This document shows, piece after piece, positions 57,672 through 64,000 of a stretch of 64,000 nt of DNA. The stretch is taken from positions 314 through 64,313 of the IMG/VR virus record IMGVR_UViG_3300035516_000188. One strand, written 5' to 3'. How positions within the stretch are numbered: position 1 is the first letter of the stretch; every line of letters starts with the position of its first letter. This DNA comes from a virus (lineage: Duplodnaviria > Caudoviricetes). A program made the translations under genes and the position numbers. The notes under the pieces are model-generated. The model was not told the DNA's origin and did not search any database. It saw only the letters and a program-made list of their open reading frames with translations.

Positions 57672-57761
57672 CAGGAAGAGCCAAGAGCGCTAACAGCGAA
57701 CAAGACTAAAATACTAACTTTGTGCCGTCGTGACAGGGCGGCACACAACAAGCAAAATAAT

Positions 57762-58058
57762 ATGGAAGCAACTGTAAGAAAAAAATACTGCATACGCGCG
57801 ATTAACGAGCGAGGGCGGGTAATTGTAAGCACGATGCTTAATGGTGTCACCAAAGATGCAATGGAATATTTCTGCTTAGGGTTAAGTTTCATTGACAACA
57901 TGCACTCGCGATACGTTGTAGCATACGAGGTGAACGAATACGGACACGCATATAAGATAGCTAAAAGCGTAGGAATGTGCCCAAGAAGCTATAATCATTG
58001 GGAATTCATGGATAGTTATTACGATGCTACGTGTGCTACGGCGAAAAGCGACAAGTAG
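57762..58058 (+). CDS. hypothetical early protein
   Basis: Start reassigned to ATG 57762 (MEATVRKK). Confidence 0.55.
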   Translation: MEATVRKKYCIRAINERGRVIVSTMLNGVTKDAMEYFCLGLSFIDNMHSRYVVAYEVNEYGHAYKIAKSVGMCPRSYNHWEFMDSYYDATCATAKSDK

Positions 58059-58088
58059 TAAACAAGCCAATTAATATTCAACAAGAAT

Positions 58089-58838
58089 ATGAATAAGTAT
58101 ATTTACAACCGCGTATCTACTGAAAAACAAGACTACGCACAGCAGATGCAATGCATCAACGAATATTTTGCGCGCATGGGCATTAACCCTACGAGTGTTG
58201 CCGAAGTAGTTACAGAGAAAGTGTCTGGTACGAAGAACCACACTGAACGCAAGCTAAACGACCTCATGAAAAAGTGCGCTAAGGGCGATATTATATATTT
58301 CTCTGAACTGTCACGATTAGGACGCAACATGGTGGACTTAAATAACATCGTAAACGACCTATGTAAGTTAGGTGTGACACTAATTCAATGCAAGGATGGC
58401 ACTGTAATAGAAAATGACTCTATTGCTGGCAAAGCACTATTATTTGCCTTTGGTTTAGCCGCAGAAATCGAAGTGAAGAACTTGCAGCAACGAACTCAGA
58501 TGGGCATGCAGGTGCGAAAAGAGATAGTGCAGAAAAATGGCTACTGGGTCAGCAAGACTGGCAACGTCCGCACACACTTTGGACGTGAAAAAGGCTGCGA
58601 TTTGGGAGATGCAAGACTGGCAGCGGCAGAGGCGGCGCACGCATCAAAGCAACGTTGGCAGCAAACAAGCCCTGCTTATCAGTTGGTTAAATCCATGAGA
58701 GCTGCCGGAGTGAAGATAGATGACATCTACACGGAGCTTGAAAAGAAAGACCCGGAAGTTTACTGTACACGCAGGGGCGGCAAGATTAGCCGCGCGATGC
58801 TCCAATATTGGTGTGCAGAGATTTCCAAGGCTGTTTAA
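58089..58838 (+). CDS. small serine recombinase (resolvase/invertase family)
   Basis: YNRVSTEKQ catalytic motif; EKVSGT; SELSRLGRN. Confidence 0.9.
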   Translation: MNKYIYNRVSTEKQDYAQQMQCINEYFARMGINPTSVAEVVTEKVSGTKNHTERKLNDLMKKCAKGDIIYFSELSRLGRNMVDLNNIVNDLCKLGVTLIQCKDGTVIENDSIAGKALLFAFGLAAEIEVKNLQQRTQMGMQVRKEIVQKNGYWVSKTGNVRTHFGREKGCDLGDARLAAAEAAHASKQRWQQTSPAYQLVKSMRAAGVKIDDIYTELEKKDPEVYCTRRGGKISRAMLQYWCAEISKAV

Positions 58839-58872
58839 AACATAGAATATTATTCTTAAAACTTAGAACATT

Positions 58873-58950
58873 ATGGGGACATTATTAGTATTTATCTGCT
58901 TTTTCGCTTGGCTTGGAGAAGCATTGCATGACGGTGGAGACCATAAATAA
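58873..58950 (+). CDS. 25-aa hydrophobic peptide
   Basis: MGTLLVFICFFAWLGEALHDGGDHK; TCTTAAA-type leader. Confidence 0.35.
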   Translation: MGTLLVFICFFAWLGEALHDGGDHK

Positions 58951-59026
58951 CGTGGTCACGAACGGTATTAGCCAACTAACTAACTAACTAACATAACAAA
59001 CTAACTACATAAACACATTAAAGAAA

Positions 59027-59755
59027 ATGGAAACAAGCATTATCAACATCGTCTCACTGACAGAAGACGAGCAGAATGGTTTCAAGAGCTTATTAAAAGC
59101 TAAGGAGATTGAGCCTATGTTAGAATTTAACGACGGCACAATGTTTCTTGTGGACGACAATGACGTAGAAACTATCCAAGAAGGAATGCCAAACATCGTA
59201 GATATTATCGACTGGCGCAATCCTGGAACAGATTACTTTGCCGCGCTTATCATGTTAAAATATCCCGATACTTCGCTTTGGAGCGAGAACACGGAGAAGG
59301 GCGAATGTGTGTGCGGTTTCAAGAGTTTCGACGATGCCCAAGAATATGCTAAACGTTTCGGGTGCAGGGTCGTTGAGCTTCGCCGGAACATACACAGAGA
59401 CGGAAGCTACAAGGTGAACTGTGTAGGTTGCACGGAAGCTATCGACACGGCGGATTTTCTTGGAGATAGCTATGACTATTTCAGAAGTAAGCAGGAAGTT
59501 TCTGAGTGCTATCGAGATTGGATAAAGGATGCACTTGACAGAGAAGAACGAGGCGACATTGATAGCTGGGCGGTTAAGGACTTAATCAGAGAGTGCATCA
59601 AGTCGTATATGGCAGCGAAGAAGTTATCAGACAACGAAATGGTCGTCTGCAATGGCAGCGAAGATAAGACGTTTGTTGGTGCCTATCCGATTTATTCTAT
59701 GAAGATTAGCGATGACAACGAAGAGAGAATTATCGGAGTCATGTATCTTGATTGA
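59027..59755 (+). CDS. hypothetical protein
   Basis: 242 aa. Confidence 0.65.
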   Translation: METSIINIVSLTEDEQNGFKSLLKAKEIEPMLEFNDGTMFLVDDNDVETIQEGMPNIVDIIDWRNPGTDYFAALIMLKYPDTSLWSENTEKGECVCGFKSFDDAQEYAKRFGCRVVELRRNIHRDGSYKVNCVGCTEAIDTADFLGDSYDYFRSKQEVSECYRDWIKDALDREERGDIDSWAVKDLIRECIKSYMAAKKLSDNEMVVCNGSEDKTFVGAYPIYSMKISDDNEERIIGVMYLD

Positions 59756-59895
59756 ACCTACTCTGCATGCACTTTGGGCGGTGCGCTGGCGGTTACATAC
59801 GACCGTCGGCGCACACGAAGCGCACACAATAAGTTAAATATTTTAAATTTACGAACATTTTTCATACTAAATATTTTTCGTTGCGAAAAATAAGC

Positions 59896-59903
59896 TACAT
59901 TTG
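59896..59903 (+). promoter_or_regulatory. -7 element
   Basis: TACATTTG preceded by TTGCGAAAAAT. Confidence 0.5.
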
Positions 59904-59930
59904 GCATGCAAATTAAGCCACAAAAACACT

Positions 59931-60176
59931 ATGATTACACAGAATATTCGTCAACGCAAGATAAGGAGACAAAACACCATATTAAACTGCGTAATTTTAT
60001 TTGGAGTGTCAATGTTATCGGCGGCGACGATATGCGCAATTATTTCTTTGATTGAGGCTAAATTCACACAAGCGATAATACTAATTGGTTTCGCAGCATT
60101 ATGCAAACTATCAATGATAGACCTGCCTGCTGCTTGCATCAAAGACGCTTCAAACTACTATGGTAAACGAAGATAA
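59931..60176 (+). CDS. small membrane protein
   Basis: Two hydrophobic segments; ATG 59931. Confidence 0.5.
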   Translation: MITQNIRQRKIRRQNTILNCVILFGVSMLSAATICAIISLIEAKFTQAIILIGFAALCKLSMIDLPAACIKDASNYYGKRR

Positions 60177-60188
60177 TCTACAACTACT

Positions 60189-60482
60189 ATGTTAAAACAA
60201 GACGCTGATGGACGTACCAAAGACTTTTGCATGGGTTTTGTCTTCTCAATATATGACTATACAAAACTTCGAGTTGCTGTTATACGCGCGATAGATTATA
60301 TGGAGCAGAAAATCTATGACGAAGCTCGCAGAAATTTTATGCGCAAGCACGGATTGAGTGCCGAGCAAGTCAGAGAGATTGTTCATGCTGATGACGACGT
60401 TATTGAGCAGGATGAGAATTACGAACAAGACTATCAAGACGAGAAACAAGAGTCGTGTGCGAGGCTCAGTGAACCGAGTTAA
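60189..60482 (+). CDS. hypothetical protein
   Basis: 97 aa. Confidence 0.55.
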   Translation: MLKQDADGRTKDFCMGFVFSIYDYTKLRVAVIRAIDYMEQKIYDEARRNFMRKHGLSAEQVREIVHADDDVIEQDENYEQDYQDEKQESCARLSEPS

Positions 60483-60515
60483 AGAACAGCACGCAATTTA
60501 ATACAGATCACGGAT

Positions 60516-61322
60516 ATGAAAAACGTTAGGTTATACACCGGAACAGATGTAAGCGAAAAACTTAAAGACAAGAAATACAAGTTCCTTCAATCGGATGGAG
60601 AGAACGGTACTTTGAGTAAAGATAAGATAAAGCTAATCATTGCAACGTATCATGTACTGTTTAGCAATGAAGCTGCGATACAAAATGTTTATAGTTTGGT
60701 AAACGTTATCAAGAAAACAAGCCTCTATCAAAGAAACGTAAAATTAAAGATAAACGACATTTACGATAAAGCCGATAAGTATTCGCGCAAGGTCAACAAC
60801 ACGTTCATGCTCGACAAAGGAAAGCATAAGCCGGAGAACCTTGTAATGTTCGCCGATATGAACGATTATTTGGATAACATTACGCTCCCGGTGATTGAAA
60901 ATACAAGGCTTGCAATACGCTTGGCGCTCAGTAAGGGTGTTGATAAAGCTGTAAAACAAGGCGCAATGGCAGTAGACAAGGTTGACACTGAGTTATTATC
61001 ACACGCTATACTCGCAGCCGATATGTGCCACATTGCCACGGAGGTACACAAAGCTGAGCTTATCAGAGCGCAAAACCTATGCGGCGGTGTAATAAATAAT
61101 ATCCAACCGTATAATCTAAGTGTGCTTGAAACATCATGTAAGTCTTTTACACGTTTGCTTTGCCGAGAAATGAACATTGACGGAGTTGCCATAAGTGAAG
61201 ACCAAGATATTTCGGCATGGATAAAGAATTTATGCAAGAAGATGTGCAGCGTCAGAAATATTGTCGATGCGATGAAAGTGCATGATCAAGATATTTGCGA
61301 CGAGGAAGTGCAGGCAAGCTAA
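60516..61322 (+). CDS. helical hypothetical protein
   Basis: 268 aa. Confidence 0.65.
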   Translation: MKNVRLYTGTDVSEKLKDKKYKFLQSDGENGTLSKDKIKLIIATYHVLFSNEAAIQNVYSLVNVIKKTSLYQRNVKLKINDIYDKADKYSRKVNNTFMLDKGKHKPENLVMFADMNDYLDNITLPVIENTRLAIRLALSKGVDKAVKQGAMAVDKVDTELLSHAILAADMCHIATEVHKAELIRAQNLCGGVINNIQPYNLSVLETSCKSFTRLLCREMNIDGVAISEDQDISAWIKNLCKKMCSVRNIVDAMKVHDQDICDEEVQAS

Positions 61323-61364
61323 TAGTAGTCAGATTACAACAAAGATATAATAAACTAAACGGCT

Positions 61365-61790
61365 ATGATTGACGACAAAAACAAGGGATGCGCCGCAGAA
61401 AGCGAGCAATCCATGAGCGACAACGAGAAGTCGGTGGATAAGCAAAAGTTGCCTACTGATGACCAAGTAGGAATGTATATCGAAGAGATTGAGGCAGCAT
61501 TGCAAGATGTTTCTACTGACTCCAAAAATAAGGTGCTTTCTTGCGTTTGCAAAATTCTCGACAATGCTCATAAACAAATGCTATGCTATGCAGATATGTT
61601 GAAAGCGTGTCGCAAGCAGCTTAAAGACTCTAATGACGAGCTTGAAATGACCAAGCTTGCGTTTGAAAATTCTAAGAAGGATTTCGCAAAGGCTTTGGAA
61701 GATAAAGATAGCGAAGCAAAGTGGAACAACAGCTTAAACGAACGAATCGCTTCTAAGTTTGCTGCAATAAAAACTATCATTGAGTTATGA
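61365..61790 (+). CDS. coiled-coil protein
   Basis: 141 aa; ATGA overlap with the next gene. Confidence 0.6.
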   Translation: MIDDKNKGCAAESEQSMSDNEKSVDKQKLPTDDQVGMYIEEIEAALQDVSTDSKNKVLSCVCKILDNAHKQMLCYADMLKACRKQLKDSNDELEMTKLAFENSKKDFAKALEDKDSEAKWNNSLNERIASKFAAIKTIIEL

Positions 61791-62128
61791 GTAGTGAGAT
61801 AAACAAGCTCGCGTGTAACGATTGTGCTTACAAATTAGCTGCCGATGAGAGTAAGAGGAAGCGCCAAGAGCTCGTGTTCAAGATTGAGTCGGAAATGAAG
61901 CGGAACAATGTTTCGTGTTTCTCTATCAAAGGAGGCTTGCACGGTAGATTTTTCCAGTTCGACAGTGACGGCTATCTGCGATATGGTAGTCTAAAAAACA
62001 ATAATGAAGGGATGTTTGCAACCGAGTTAAGCGAGGCTATATTGAAAAAAGCACTTGAACATCTAAATAGGTTGTGGAGAGCGTTTCACCCGGGTACGGA
62101 CGATGAACAACAACAAAAAATCATATAA
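61787..62128 (+). CDS. hypothetical protein
   Basis: 113 aa. Confidence 0.55.
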   Translation: MSSEINKLACNDCAYKLAADESKRKRQELVFKIESEMKRNNVSCFSIKGGLHGRFFQFDSDGYLRYGSLKNNNEGMFATELSEAILKKALEHLNRLWRAFHPGTDDEQQQKII

Positions 62129-62213
62129 AAACAAGTAAGAGTTATGGAAGCAAAAATTACCCCCCTATGGTACAGTCCGCACGGCTACGGCGAGCGCGGA
62201 GAAAGGAGGAGCT

Positions 62214-62561
62214 ATGTGTGAGACTAAGACCTGCACAAAGTGCGGGAAAACACTACCAATCAGCGAGTTTCCGCGTTGTTCGAGAAATTCTGACGGATTG
62301 GGGTATAGGTGTAAGAGTTGCCACAACGAATATTACAAGCTACACTCAAGAGCTATCAGAGCCGCTAAGCGTAGCGCAGCAGTCACACCGCGCGAGCTAA
62401 TGGAAGAGTTAGCCAAGCGTGGTTACACCGGGAAACTACACGCCCAGATTACTAAGCCGTGGGAGAAGCTATCAGAGGAACTTCAAGCCGCGCTTAAAAA
62501 AGAGGGTTTGCAAGGAGCTACGGTGGTCTTGGATAAGGATATTGATATAACGAACTTCTAA
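62214..62561 (+). CDS. Zn-finger protein (CxxC-x23-CxxC)
   Basis: CTKCGKTLPISEF...YRCKSC; PRELMEELAKRGYTGKL. Confidence 0.65.
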   Translation: MCETKTCTKCGKTLPISEFPRCSRNSDGLGYRCKSCHNEYYKLHSRAIRAAKRSAAVTPRELMEELAKRGYTGKLHAQITKPWEKLSEELQAALKKEGLQGATVVLDKDIDITNF

Positions 62562-62572
62562 CAACCAAAAAT

Positions 62573-63532
62573 ATGGAAATAACCTATACGCACACAGGAA
62601 AAATCTATGTAGATAGAGAACGTTCCTTAGAGTTTCTGACAGTTGGAGATTACGGCAAAGAAAACAACATCAAGGCTGATTTTCTTGGACTGAAAAAAGA
62701 GATTCATGGTGTTGCTAACACTGAAACAGACCTGACGAAAAAGTGGGTTGCAACAATCTCAACGCAACATGGTTGCCCGATGAGGTGCAGTTTTTGTGAT
62801 GTTCCGAAATTCGGATTTCATGGGAATTGTAGCATGGACGACTTAGAGTATCAGGTGCGCACAATTATCTTGAATGAATCTGTTGGCTACACCAATCGTT
62901 TTAATGTACACTTCGCACGAATGGGAGAGCCGACGTTCAATCCAGACGTATTGAAGTTCACAAGGAAGCGGCTACGCGAAGTTGTTCAAGAGTGCGGACT
63001 TTCGGCGATGACTGTTCACCCGGTAGTATCTACTATGTTGCCCGCAAACAATCAGTGGCTTGAAGTATTCCTGCATATTTGGTGCGACATAAAGAACAAC
63101 GTTTACAACGGTGAAGCCGGTCTGCAATTTTCCATCAACTCAACGAGCGACAAGCAACGAAATGAAATGTTTGCTGGAAAGAGTTTGTCGCTTCCTGCGA
63201 TTGCAAAGATTGCAAAATTTCTGCCAATGCCTGTTGGGCGCAAATACACACTGAATTTCCCCGTGACAAAGGACACAATCTTAGACGCTAAGAAGTTGTC
63301 TGAAATGTTTGACAAGGAGAAGTTTATAGTAAAGATTACACCAATTCACGAAACAAGTGCAGCAATTAGCAACGGGTTCAAGGTAACGGGGTATTCAGAC
63401 TACGATGTTTACCGTAAGTATGAAACACCGCTTCTTGAAGATGGTTGGGATGTGATTGTGTTTGTTCCGTCGAAAGAGGAAGATTCAGACAGAATAACCT
63501 GCGGAAACGCTCTTATCAGTGATAAGCAATGA
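62573..63532 (+). CDS. RlmN/Cfr-like radical SAM enzyme
   Basis: STQHGCPMRCSFC (CxxxCxxC), RMGEPTFN, LQFSINS, C-terminal ITCGNAL. Confidence 0.85.
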   Translation: MEITYTHTGKIYVDRERSLEFLTVGDYGKENNIKADFLGLKKEIHGVANTETDLTKKWVATISTQHGCPMRCSFCDVPKFGFHGNCSMDDLEYQVRTIILNESVGYTNRFNVHFARMGEPTFNPDVLKFTRKRLREVVQECGLSAMTVHPVVSTMLPANNQWLEVFLHIWCDIKNNVYNGEAGLQFSINSTSDKQRNEMFAGKSLSLPAIAKIAKFLPMPVGRKYTLNFPVTKDTILDAKKLSEMFDKEKFIVKITPIHETSAAISNGFKVTGYSDYDVYRKYETPLLEDGWDVIVFVPSKEEDSDRITCGNALISDKQ

Positions 63533-63789
63533 CCCTCCTAATCTACATCATTGTCGCGCTTGCAAACGTATTCCTGCATATTCTACGCAGCATACTCGTA
63601 ATCAAGTCTGGCAGACTTATAGCTTCAACGGCGAATTGTATCTGTTACACGTTCTCTGCGGTGGTTATCAAGTTCATAGCCGAGTTTGACTTATGGATAG
63701 CGATATGTGTGCAAGCGACGACAAACTTCATTGGGTGCTACCTCGCGATGTGGGTAGCGGAAAAGATAACTAACAAGAATAAGCAATGA
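63529..63789 (+). CDS. small membrane protein coupled to the radical SAM gene
   Basis: 86 aa, 3 TM segments, ATGA overlap. Confidence 0.65.
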   Translation: MTLLIYIIVALANVFLHILRSILVIKSGRLIASTANCICYTFSAVVIKFIAEFDLWIAICVQATTNFIGCYLAMWVAEKITNKNKQ

Positions 63790-64000
63790 CACGAGAACAA
63801 GAAATTGAAAAAGCTGCGCTTGATACGACCTATTGGTATAAAGAGCCAAAGGACGCATTTAGAGAGGGCGCACGCTGGGCGGACGAACATCCGCATTGGA
63901 TAAGTTTCGAGGAAGCACTACCACCGATAGGCGAGTATATACTTTTGCGGCTTGGCGGGTATGCTGGACTTGGTTACACTGTTGTAATTTCCAAGCGCGA
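63786..64000 (+). CDS. DUF551-like protein (runs off the window end)
   Basis: MTREQEIEKAA...GARWADEHPHWISFEEALP. Confidence 0.55.
   Translation, partial: MTREQEIEKAALDTTYWYKEPKDAFREGARWADEHPHWISFEEALPPIGEYILLRLGGYAGLGYTVVISKR

Noticed and set aside
62144-62221. Phase variation at the C6 tract upstream of the Zn-finger gene
   Set aside because: Removing one C would fuse a 23-aa extension, but the gene already has its own ATG at 62214 and a complete domain; C6 is short, so support is weak.
1-64000. tRNA, rRNA or tmRNA genes and prophage att sites
   Set aside because: No cloverleaf or T-loop signature, host genes or integrase were recognised by eye; tRNAscan-SE or ARAGORN would be needed to exclude them.

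Overview
The whole window looks like part of a long-tailed (sipho-type) dsDNA phage of a Bacteroidota/Bacteroidales host. Host evidence is repeated TTTG-N19/20-TAnnTTTG promoters, A-rich SD-less translation starts and a Bacteroidetes-type lipobox. No host housekeeping genes, tRNA, rRNA, CRISPR array or tyrosine integrase were recognised. Layout: (i) 0.2-3.4 kb, an 8-gene Cys-rich operon of unknown function with its own promoter. (ii) 4.5-20 kb, tail fibre and baseplate genes with a diversity-generating retroelement (DGR) in the middle. TR 11904-12010 and VR 12263-12369 differ at 14 positions, all TR adenines. Its reverse transcriptase is spread over three overlapping ORFs, each shifted +1. (iii) Lysis genes, a 2613-aa tape measure, tail and head genes, all on the minus strand. 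(iv) Terminase and portal on the plus strand. (v) Minus-strand replication genes: SSB-like, VRR-NUC, SF2 helicase, TOPRIM primase-like, D5-like helicase, and a DNA methyltransferase frameshifted at a G7 tract. (vi) A repeat-dense strand-switch region at 50.2-51.1 kb (candidate origin). (vii) Plus-strand early genes: a MoxR AAA+/vWA-like pair, a serine recombinase, and an RlmN/Cfr-like radical SAM enzyme lacking the resolving cysteine. Family names come from motif recognition by eye, not database searches.
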